Source: an uncultured bacterium (GTDB taxonomy: Bacteria > Bacillota_I > Bacilli_A > RFN20 > CAG-826). From it: 64,000 nucleotides of DNA. The DNA lies in NCBI GenBank assembly GCA_949297275.1, contig CASFQR010000001.1:93-64092 (forward strand), read 5' to 3'. Every line of letters starts with the position of its first letter. The stretch's first letter is position 1. The notes beneath the pieces are model-generated. The model had not been told where the DNA came from. It searched no databases and saw only the letters and a program-made list of their open reading frames with translations. The position numbers and the translations under genes are program-made. Below, piece by piece: positions 9,164-17,800 of the stretch.

Positions 9164-11632
9164 TTAAGCGACGAAATCGTCGAAAGCTGGACCAATCGTA
9201 TCGCGACCAACGGCTTCAAGCGCTTCTTCTTCAATTTGTTCTTGCAGTTCGCGGCATTGACGACGTTCTTCAGCAGTCGGTGGTTCAACTAATACCCACA
9301 TGCCTTTCATGATTTGACTTGCTAAACCATATGGGGCTGATGGCATTTCATAACCAGCTGAACGACTAACTGAAGCTGACCAACCTTGAGAAGTCATATA
9401 AGAAGGCTTCATAATGTGTAGTTCGTTAATTAAATAATATTCGGCTTCCGCAAACGCTTCATAGCGAAGGACATTTGATTCCGTAATATCATCAGCGGCA
9501 TTAACCATCGCGTTATATTCAGCAAACATTTGTTCAGTTTCTAAATATAAGGTGCCATTATCATCTAAACGATAATTTGGTAAATTGTAATCGGTATTGC
9601 CACACATTTCAGACATTTCACCATTCGTCATATAAACATGCATATATGTTAATGGGTCAGCGTAATCACCAATCCAACCCCAACCAGTCATAATGGTGTA
9701 ATAACCACTTTCAGTCGCGATCGTGTAATTATTTAAATTAGTTGGTGAATTAGCTTGGACATAGAAATAAGGATATTCAGGTTGACCAGAAGCCCCAACT
9801 TCACACATTGGTAAGCTTTGATCGCCTGCTGCCCCAATACGGCAACCATTTAATCTTTGATTCATTGAACGAATGACAACATTATCATCTTCAACGCTTT
9901 CGCTATTTAAGTTAGAAGCTGACATATAAGAAACAGTAATTGGTAAAGTTAATAAATTTTGATCTTCGGCTTGATCAAGCGCGCTTCTAGCGTCATTCAT
10001 GAGTTCATTAAGTTCACTAGAACCATCAACATAGTTGACACCAATTTCGCTACCACTATTAGTTGTTGTAACATTACTAACTTGTTGAGGACCAATCGCT
10101 GCTTTAGCTTCTTCAACTGTGATGCCTTTTTGTTCGGCATATTCTTCATAATAATATTCAACATAATCTTTACCGTTTTCATCTTGGACGAAGCCACGAG
10201 GAGTAAAGGTATTGATTTGATATTGGTCATTATGTTGACCTTCTTCAGTTAAATCATTACGGGTGTTATATAAAGAGACATCGATACTGCCTAAAAGCGC
10301 TTTACGAACTTCTTCAATCTTCATCGCCGCATTGGTGTTAGTGATGATAGCTTCACGTTGTTCGGTGGTTAATTTGTTATCTAAGAATGTATCAACATTG
10401 CTACCATTATCATTTAAATTATCTAAAGGACGATTAATATTTAAAACATAATGATAGGTGTAATCAACAGTATCTAGTTCACGACTATTAACACTACCAT
10501 CGTAGGGGTCTTGTAAAGTACCTGAACCATCTTCACCGGTAATATATTTTTCCCAACCAGCCGCATCTTGAGCGTTTAAGGTAAAGCCGTCGACAATACC
10601 ACTTTCAAAATCTTCACGCATATCCGCGTAGTTGAGGTTTTCATTACCCATAACGGTGTAATTAATTGTTTCGACATGAACTTGATCAGCGTCATGATAA
10701 TACGGGTTCTTCTTATATGTTAAAGAAGTTGCTGAATATTCCGTTAAGAAATAAGGACCAATATAGAGAATGCTACTATTGTTTGATCCGTAAGTGGAAC
10801 GATGTTCACGGTAGAAAGCATTATTAACTGGCATATATGGGGTATAAGTTAAAACGGTTGGGAAATAAGAAGCCGAATGATCAAGACGATAAGTTAAATA
10901 ACCATCATCATCGACATAGACACCAACGCGTTCAAAATTGGAGATAGCTTGGATATCACTACCAGTAATCGTGTCGGTAACAGGTTCCCCACTATAATCT
11001 TCAATTAAGACCATGAGTTGTTGGGCTTGGGCTTCATTATCACCCTTTAATAACGAATAATCGACACCATCAACCTGCGCATTGGTTGAGATATAATTAG
11101 CCATCATGGTGTAGAGATAATATTCCCATGCATTATCAATAAATAAAGTGTACATGTAATAAATCTCAGAATTATTCGTGAAAGTTAAAATTTGTCTAGC
11201 AGCCGTAACAAAGTCTTCTTCGGTTACTTTTTGTTCGGTATATTCACCGGTTGCGTCTCTAGCAGTATAGACTTCACCAGTGTAGGTTCGCCAATAGACA
11301 TCGTCGCGAACTTTAAATTTAAATTCAGTATTATCGTCGTTGCGAATAGCTTCGGATGCAAGTGATTTACGAAGAATGCCGTTTTGATCATTCATAAGTA
11401 AAGTATCAGAGAAGTTTGCAATATGCATAACATCAGTTGCGGATTGAGATGTAATCGAACCTAAAGTCGCAGGAGCGGTACTGATATAGGCATTATAAAC
11501 TGTCTTGGCATCTTTGCCTGTTAAGAATTGACCAGTAACAGTAATTGTATCAATATTAGCGGGGCAAGATGTTAAGGCTAATAGAGCAGTTAAGATAACG
11601 CCAGGTAGAGCCACTTTTTTTGATTGAAACAT
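9164..11632 (-). CDS. oppA: Oligopeptide-binding lipoprotein OppA-like (family 5 SBP, enlarged)
   Basis: Lipobox 'LLALTSC' at the N-terminus. 822 aa, first gene of the opp operon, with SBP-like composition. The assignment rests mostly on context. Confidence 0.7.
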   Translation of the reverse strand: MFQSKKVALPGVILTALLALTSCPANIDTITVTGQFLTGKDAKTVYNAYISTAPATLGSITSQSATDVMHIANFSDTLLMNDQNGILRKSLASEAIRNDDNTEFKFKVRDDVYWRTYTGEVYTARDATGEYTEQKVTEEDFVTAARQILTFTNNSEIYYMYTLFIDNAWEYYLYTMMANYISTNAQVDGVDYSLLKGDNEAQAQQLMVLIEDYSGEPVTDTITGSDIQAISNFERVGVYVDDDGYLTYRLDHSASYFPTVLTYTPYMPVNNAFYREHRSTYGSNNSSILYIGPYFLTEYSATSLTYKKNPYYHDADQVHVETINYTVMGNENLNYADMREDFESGIVDGFTLNAQDAAGWEKYITGEDGSGTLQDPYDGSVNSRELDTVDYTYHYVLNINRPLDNLNDNGSNVDTFLDNKLTTEQREAIITNTNAAMKIEEVRKALLGSIDVSLYNTRNDLTEEGQHNDQYQINTFTPRGFVQDENGKDYVEYYYEEYAEQKGITVEEAKAAIGPQQVSNVTTTNSGSEIGVNYVDGSSELNELMNDARSALDQAEDQNLLTLPITVSYMSASNLNSESVEDDNVVIRSMNQRLNGCRIGAAGDQSLPMCEVGASGQPEYPYFYVQANSPTNLNNYTIATESGYYTIMTGWGWIGDYADPLTYMHVYMTNGEMSEMCGNTDYNLPNYRLDDNGTLYLETEQMFAEYNAMVNAADDITESNVLRYEAFAEAEYYLINELHIMKPSYMTSQGWSASVSRSAGYEMPSAPYGLASQIMKGMWVLVEPPTAEERRQCRELQEQIEEEALEAVGRDTIGPAFDDFVA

Positions 11633-11806
11633 TTGTTTTCCTCCTTTCTCAATCTTAAAAAGATTGTCAAGAATATATCACAATAGATTTTAATTGACAA
11701 TGATTTTTTAATTTCATTCTCTAAAAGATATTTTAATGGTAATTTTAATGATAATATTTATGATTTAATAATCTTTGATTATTATATCCAATAAAGTAAT
11801 TTAGAT

Positions 11807-12190
11807 TTAAAATTGGACAAAAGTGAAAATTATTCCCGCGATAAGCGATAAAATAGCGGCTAATAAAAAAGGTAAAAAGATTTTCCATACTTTAAATAAA
11901 GTTTCATCATCTAATTTTTTATCCCAATTTTTGGTTTTATGACGCACGCGAGCCCTTAAAATATCTTGCCAAACAAAACCAACAAGCGTCAAAATCACCG
12001 CCGAGAATAAGAAGGCATAAGAAGGATAATCAGGATGATAAGTAAGATTAAAATTCCAATAAATAACACCGATTCTTAATCCAATCGCAATTAAGGCTAC
12101 GACGAGGAAGAGGCTAAAGCCAATTAAATATAACCACCAAGTTTTAAGTGCTTTTTTCATCGCCACTATTATATAAAAGATAGCAAGCAA
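11807..12190 (-). CDS. Small integral membrane protein, unknown function
   Basis: 127 aa with about 4 hydrophobic helices and no recognisable motif. Confidence 0.4.
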   Translation of the reverse strand: MLAIFYIIVAMKKALKTWWLYLIGFSLFLVVALIAIGLRIGVIYWNFNLTYHPDYPSYAFLFSAVILTLVGFVWQDILRARVRHKTKNWDKKLDDETLFKVWKIFLPFLLAAILSLIAGIIFTFVQF

Positions 12191-12214
12191 AAATAAATAG
12201 AGTATTATTTAAAT

Positions 12215-13126
12215 ATGAGTAATCCGAATCTCAAAGATAATAAAACTAAACGCTTCTTTGGTGAAATGTTTAGACGGCCAATTAGATTATTATCGCCTAC
12301 CCTTTATGTTAAGATGCAGTATCGCTATATCACCCACCATAAACTTTATTTAAAAAAACCAGTTAGATATACTGAGAAATTGCAATATTTAAGGCTATAT
12401 GTTTATCCAAAAGATCCCTTAGTGATTAAGTGTGCTTCACGCGATGGGGTGAGAGAATATTTAAAAGAGCAAGGTTTAGAAAAGATTTTAATTCCCATCC
12501 AAGGTATCTATCAAAATTTTGATGAGATTGACTTTAATAAGATTCAAATACCTTGTGTTATTAAGTGCACACATGCTTCCTCTTATAATGCAATTATTCG
12601 TCAGAAAGAAGAATTAAATATTGGACTTCTGCGGTCAAAATTCCAAAAATATTTAAAAACTAATTATGGTAAAAAGACCGTCGAACCCCATTATTCCAAG
12701 ATTAAACCACAAATTATTATTGAAGATTATGTTGGGGATATTGCTTCATTACCAGTGGAATATAAAATTCATTGTTTTAATGGTATACCCAAAAGTTTAT
12801 ATGTCGTTTCTAATCGCGGGGTCGATATTCGTTATGATAATTTCTATATCGATTGGACACCTTTTAAGGAAAGTCAATTTAATGGTTGGAAAGCCAGCGA
12901 GACATTACCAAATAGACCCACTAATTTTAATGAGATGATTAAAATAGCTACTATCTTAGCGAAGCCTTTTCCCTTCGTTAGAGTTGATTTATATAATATT
13001 AACGGCCAAATTTATTTTTCAGAATTAACCTTTACCCCGGCGAAAGGAACTTTAATTTTTGATGAGGATCAAGCCGATTTTATCATGGGGGAATGGCTTG
13101 ACATTAATAAATATTTAAAACATTAA
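12215..13126 (+). CDS. TupA-like ATP-grasp family protein (glycan/teichoic-type modification)
   Basis: The run 'KKPVRYTEKLQYLRLY...VREYLKEQGLEKILIPIQGIYQNFDEIDFNKIQIPCVIKCTHASS' closely follows the pattern I recall for the TupA-like ATP-grasp family. Confidence 0.7.
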   Translation: MSNPNLKDNKTKRFFGEMFRRPIRLLSPTLYVKMQYRYITHHKLYLKKPVRYTEKLQYLRLYVYPKDPLVIKCASRDGVREYLKEQGLEKILIPIQGIYQNFDEIDFNKIQIPCVIKCTHASSYNAIIRQKEELNIGLLRSKFQKYLKTNYGKKTVEPHYSKIKPQIIIEDYVGDIASLPVEYKIHCFNGIPKSLYVVSNRGVDIRYDNFYIDWTPFKESQFNGWKASETLPNRPTNFNEMIKIATILAKPFPFVRVDLYNINGQIYFSELTFTPAKGTLIFDEDQADFIMGEWLDINKYLKH

Positions 13127-13935
13127 TTCCAGGTAGAATCAGGAATTAACACTTCATATAACATTAAAGCAAAATGGGCTTTATTTTGATTATTCATATC
13201 AGAAGTTAAATCTTCGTATTCACTACTAACTAGTTGATAAGTTAATTCCATTCCCTTAATGCGCGTTAAGTTTGCTAATTGACTTGGTGAAAGAATTTCA
13301 TCAAAATAAAAACTGATTAATTGCGTATCGCCACCCGCGTTGGTCACTAATTGAAAGTCACCACTATTAAAGACATAGGCATTATATTGATTGAGATTAT
13401 AGTCATAATTATAAAGAGTTAGGGTGAAATTGATGGTTGGCATTTGAGTAAAAGATCGTTCACAATCCGTACCACCTCGCGCGCATAAGGCAAATAAATT
13501 AAAATCGATTAATTCTTTCATAAAGATGGTAGAAAAACCATCTTCATCTAATTGAACGCGACTTTTCGCATAATAACCTTCGCACCACACCCGCCCATCA
13601 TAAAGCTTTGATAAATAACCATTTAAGAAGACGGGATCAATTGTATTTAAAGCATGGGCATAACCAAATTGGGTGGAATTTAAACCTTCATAGGTATAGC
13701 CCTCGCTATCTTCTTTTCTTAAACCACTTAAATCATTTTTTACCATAAGATGACTACTTAAATCATAAGTACCTTGAATCACCGCATCTTCTAAAGAAGA
13801 TTCATGATGAACATAATAATTTTCCATAAAGCTTTTATTAAAAGCACCAACTGGATAAAGTTCTTTAACCGCGCCTAAACAAGAAGATAAAGAAATAGCG
13901 ATTATCGGCAAAGAAATAATTAATTTTTTATTCAT
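13123..13935 (-). CDS. Lipoprotein, unknown function
   Basis: Signal peptide plus lipobox 'ISLSSC'. The start overlaps the upstream membrane-protein gene by 8 nt, which suggests an operon. Confidence 0.5.
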   Translation of the reverse strand: MNKKLIISLPIIAISLSSCLGAVKELYPVGAFNKSFMENYYVHHESSLEDAVIQGTYDLSSHLMVKNDLSGLRKEDSEGYTYEGLNSTQFGYAHALNTIDPVFLNGYLSKLYDGRVWCEGYYAKSRVQLDEDGFSTIFMKELIDFNLFALCARGGTDCERSFTQMPTINFTLTLYNYDYNLNQYNAYVFNSGDFQLVTNAGGDTQLISFYFDEILSPSQLANLTRIKGMELTYQLVSSEYEDLTSDMNNQNKAHFALMLYEVLIPDSTWN

Positions 13936-15373
13936 CTTTTTTATCCTCCTCTAGGGATGGTTCATCAAAATCATAGGTACCTTTTTTATTAGTGTTCTCC
14001 TTTTTCTTTTCAGGAATAAATTGTTTCATATATTCTTCATCTTCAAATGACATAAGAATTTCTTTTTTAGTAAAGACGGGGGTAAAGACATAACCTAAAA
14101 TAAATAAAATTATAAATAATGGTAATGAGCGATAAAACGAATAATAAACATTTGGAGTATGAACATAAGGGAAAGCAGTAAATGAGAAAGTGTTATAGAT
14201 AAAGAACATAAAGACACTTGTTAAAACAATAACCTTAAAATATTCGGGATCTTTACTCTTTAAGAAATATTTTTTAAGCATAAGATAAGTGAAAACAAGG
14301 AATACTAATAAACTAAGGAAAGCAAAGACACCGCCTTCTTTTAAGATTTCAAATTCAAAAGCATTCGTGTCACTAATCACTGCCTGACTAGCGTCACTTA
14401 AACCAAATAATCCACTGCTAGTAAAAGCATACCTAATTACTTCATTGATTGGATAAATAATTTTATTCGTGTTAAATAAGCGATTTAAAAAGGCATTATT
14501 AGTAATAAAAGAAAAGGGATGAAAAATATTAATAACATCAATCGTAAATAAAATTACTGCAATTGCCCCAATAATTATTAAAGTGAGGTCGAGCCACTTA
14601 TCAACCTTTAAGATGCGATAAAATTTATATAAAAGCGCGAACACAAATAAAGGAATTAAATAAAATAAACCTTCAAGGTTAGGCGTCGTAATTAAGAGTA
14701 AGAAACCAACAAAACCAATAAAGGCAGTTAAGGCAAATTTAAGTTTGTCTTTTTTAGGAGAAATGAATAATAAGGCTGGTAAGGCACTTAATAATAAATA
14801 GGCATAAGTGCCGCTATATCGCACATTAAATGTTTCAAAACCCAAACCATTTAACCATCTAATTTCATCAGTGACATTATAGACTAAACCATTCCAATAA
14901 TATTCTGGGGTATCTAGATAAATCAAACCATAAAAAACACCATAATTAATCCAAGTATAAATTAAAGAAATAAAGGCTAAAAGGGCTAAAGCCCCACCGA
15001 TTGATAATAATAAATAATCTTTTTTCAAAGCGTGGTTATGGCGGGCTAAGAAACCGAGCAAATAAAAAGAAATAAAGGCTAAAAAGACTCCAATATTTTC
15101 TAATAAGAAGCCACTAGAAGCATATAATTTGCCAAAGGAGACTAAGGCAGCAAGAATAAATAAAGGTAATGAATAATATAGTAGTTGTTTTAATTCTTCT
15201 TTTTTGGCCACCACTAAAAAAGGCAAAGCAAAAATTAAGACTACTATTGATAAATAATAAAAGATTGCATTAATCCCACCTAAAGCAAAAGAGGTAAAGG
15301 CCAATAATTCTAAAATGATAAAAGAGGTAACTGTATCAAGTTTTTTGATATAGGAAATAAGTTGTTCTTTCAT
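13928..15373 (-). CDS. Polytopic membrane protein, possibly O-antigen ligase/polymerase (Wzy_C)-like
   Basis: 481 aa with at least 10 TM helices and a charged C-terminal tail. The family assignment rests on topology only. Confidence 0.35.
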   Translation of the reverse strand: MKEQLISYIKKLDTVTSFIILELLAFTSFALGGINAIFYYLSIVVLIFALPFLVVAKKEELKQLLYYSLPLFILAALVSFGKLYASSGFLLENIGVFLAFISFYLLGFLARHNHALKKDYLLLSIGGALALLAFISLIYTWINYGVFYGLIYLDTPEYYWNGLVYNVTDEIRWLNGLGFETFNVRYSGTYAYLLLSALPALLFISPKKDKLKFALTAFIGFVGFLLLITTPNLEGLFYLIPLFVFALLYKFYRILKVDKWLDLTLIIIGAIAVILFTIDVINIFHPFSFITNNAFLNRLFNTNKIIYPINEVIRYAFTSSGLFGLSDASQAVISDTNAFEFEILKEGGVFAFLSLLVFLVFTYLMLKKYFLKSKDPEYFKVIVLTSVFMFFIYNTFSFTAFPYVHTPNVYYSFYRSLPLFIILFILGYVFTPVFTKKEILMSFEDEEYMKQFIPEKKKENTNKKGTYDFDEPSLEEDKKDE

Positions 15374-15661
15374 ATATCAATAATTATAAAACAAGAAGGG
15401 GTAAAATAAAGATAAAGATATCAATCTTTAATCGTGTCCTCAATCAATCGATTTTGATGAAGATGGATAAAAGCAATAAAGTAATCTTTAATTTACTATT
15501 TTTAATAATCAATAAAAAATGAAGGGAAAGATATGTTGTCTAAAGACATCAACACTGTTAGCAAGCAAAATATACGAAATTAAAAAGCAAATAAGATCAA
15601 AATAAGTTAATAGTCACATTAATAAATAACTTTTTGTTATTTATATGCTACAATTAACCCG

Positions 15662-16195
15662 ATGCAATATAAAAGAATCTTGATATTAGGTTCCCCTGGT
15701 AGTGGCAAAACTACTCTAGCGATTACCTTAAGTAAAATCTTAAATTATCCCATCATACATTTAGATTATTATTTTCGTGTCGCCTCGAGAAAAAATATGG
15801 ATGTAAATTATGTTCGAGAAAAAATGCTTGAATTAGTAAAACCCGAGACTTGGATTATTGAAGGCAATTATCTTAAAAGTTTAGATATCCGTCTAAAGCG
15901 TGCGGATTATATAATCTTTTTAGATTTACCAACTAAAAAATGTTTAAAGCAAGCTTATCAAAGATTTATCCAAACAAAAGGCAAACAAAGATTTGACGCT
16001 CCTAAGGGGATGATTGATTATCGCTTTGATAATGCTTTTAAAAAATACATTTTAGATTTTAAAAGGATTTATCAACCGCGTTTATTTTTTGAAGCGATTT
16101 TAAAATCTCAAAAGCCGTACACTATCATTAAGAACCGTCAAGATATCAAGCAATTATTAACTAAAACAAAGGAGGAAAACGATGTTAAAAATTAA
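15662..16195 (+). CDS. P-loop NTPase/kinase (topology-modulation / adenylate-kinase-like)
   Basis: Has the N-terminal Walker A 'ILILGSPGSGKTTLA'. The 177-aa size is typical of this small kinase-like family. Confidence 0.6.
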   Translation: MQYKRILILGSPGSGKTTLAITLSKILNYPIIHLDYYFRVASRKNMDVNYVREKMLELVKPETWIIEGNYLKSLDIRLKRADYIIFLDLPTKKCLKQAYQRFIQTKGKQRFDAPKGMIDYRFDNAFKKYILDFKRIYQPRLFFEAILKSQKPYTIIKNRQDIKQLLTKTKEENDVKN

Positions 16196-16886
16196 TGGGG
16201 TGGAAAATTTGTCGGTCGTAGATTATGAAGGTTATTTATCAATGACTTTTTTCACTTCTAATTGCAACATGCGTTGTCCTTTTTGTCATAATTCCGAATT
16301 AGTGTTAAACAAAGTTCCAACAAGCTATTCAAAAGCAGATATTGAATCGCTATTAAAAAAGCGTGAAGGGATGATTGATGCAATTGTGATTTCCGGAGGC
16401 GAGCCAACTTTAGACGAAGATGGTTTAGTTGAATTAATTAATTTAATTAGAAAATATTCTTATAAAATAAAATTAGATACAAACGGAACAAATCCCGAAA
16501 TTCTTCGTTATTTAATCGAGAATCAACTAATTGATTATGTAGCGATGGATATTAAAAATACCTTTGATAAATATCCTCTGACCATCGATATAATTAATCC
16601 ACCATATCTTGATAAGATTAAGGAAAGCATTTCTTATTTAATTAAACAACAACACATTGAATATGAATTTCGCACGACATTAATTGATGAATTTCATTCT
16701 TATGGTGATATTAAATATATAACATCTATCATGCTAAAAGGAGCCAAAAAATATCGTTTACAAAAATTTGTTGATAATGAAAATTGTTTCTATTGTGGCC
16801 TCCATCCAGTACCCTTAGAAATTGCCCAAGAAATGAAAAAGATTGCCACTCAAGCAATCTTAGATAGCGAATTAAGATCTTATTAA
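16182..16886 (+). CDS. nrdG: Anaerobic ribonucleoside-triphosphate reductase activating protein (radical SAM)
   Basis: CX3CX2C cluster 'CNMRCPFCHN', a 'GGEPT' motif, and a position next to nrdD. Confidence 0.85.
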   Translation: MLKINGVENLSVVDYEGYLSMTFFTSNCNMRCPFCHNSELVLNKVPTSYSKADIESLLKKREGMIDAIVISGGEPTLDEDGLVELINLIRKYSYKIKLDTNGTNPEILRYLIENQLIDYVAMDIKNTFDKYPLTIDIINPPYLDKIKESISYLIKQQHIEYEFRTTLIDEFHSYGDIKYITSIMLKGAKKYRLQKFVDNENCFYCGLHPVPLEIAQEMKKIATQAILDSELRSY

Positions 16887-17797
16887 AGATTCATTTTATT
16901 GAGATAATTTAAAGCCTCAATCGAGGCAATCGCCCCATCATTTTCCGCTAGGACAATTTGGCGATGTTTTTTATTTATGCAATCACCACTAGCAAATAAG
17001 CCAGAAGTTTTAGTTGCCATCGCTTCATTAGTAACAATAAAGCCATCTTTTAAATCAACTAAATTTTGATATCGCTCATTATCAGGAATTTGCCCGATTG
17101 CAATAAATAAACCATCAGCTTTAAAAGTAATTAATTCATGGGTCTTAGTGTTTTCAAAAATAACACCTTCAAAAGCCTTATCTCCAAGAATTTCTTTCGC
17201 GCTTAAATTATAAAACAACTTGATATTTGCGGTGTTTTTGACCCGATCTATTAAAATTTGATCAGCAAATAATTTATCAAATAAAGCACAGATTGTAACT
17301 TGATGGGAAGTTTTAGCTAAAGAGAGAGCATATTGCATCGCCGAATTAGCGTCCCCAATTAAAATGACATCTTTATTTTGATAAAATGCTCCGTCACAAA
17401 CAGCGCAATATGAGATACCTTTACCAATTAAAGCTTCTTCTTTAGCTAAACCTAGATGACGATGCTTAACCCCACTAGCGATAATTACGACATAAGATTG
17501 ATAAGTTTTATAATTTGTTTGAACGGTAAAAAGATTTTGATCTTTTTGAATGGCTAAAACTTCTTCTAATTCAAAATCAACTCCTAAGTCGAGGACTTGT
17601 TCAAAAATTTTAAAGGCGTATTCTTCACCACTAATTTCTTTAAAACCAGGAACATTCTCAAGGCGCGGTGAAATAGCAGCTTGACCACCAGCATTTTCTT
17701 TTTCTAAAAGGAGGACATTTCTGCCCCCTCTTTTAAGATTAATGGCTGCCATCATGCCAGAGACACCCGCTCCAACAATTATTGCATCATAAAGCAT
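16883..17797 (-). CDS. trxB: Thioredoxin-disulfide reductase
   Basis: FAD GxGxxG 'IIVGAGVSGMMAA' and redox-active 'CAVCDG'. 304 aa, lying immediately downstream of nrdD with a 3-nt gap. Confidence 0.85.
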   Translation of the reverse strand: MLYDAIIVGAGVSGMMAAINLKRGGRNVLLLEKENAGGQAAISPRLENVPGFKEISGEEYAFKIFEQVLDLGVDFELEEVLAIQKDQNLFTVQTNYKTYQSYVVIIASGVKHRHLGLAKEEALIGKGISYCAVCDGAFYQNKDVILIGDANSAMQYALSLAKTSHQVTICALFDKLFADQILIDRVKNTANIKLFYNLSAKEILGDKAFEGVIFENTKTHELITFKADGLFIAIGQIPDNERYQNLVDLKDGFIVTNEAMATKTSGLFASGDCINKKHRQIVLAENDGAIASIEALNYLNKMNL

Positions 17798-17800
17798 CGT

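Noticed and set aside
15519-15608. Tiny ORF (about 29 aa, 'MKGKICCLKTSTLL...') in the divergent intergenic region 15374-15661
   Set aside because: It has no Shine-Dalgarno sequence and no recognisable features, so it is indistinguishable from a chance ORF in AT-rich DNA.
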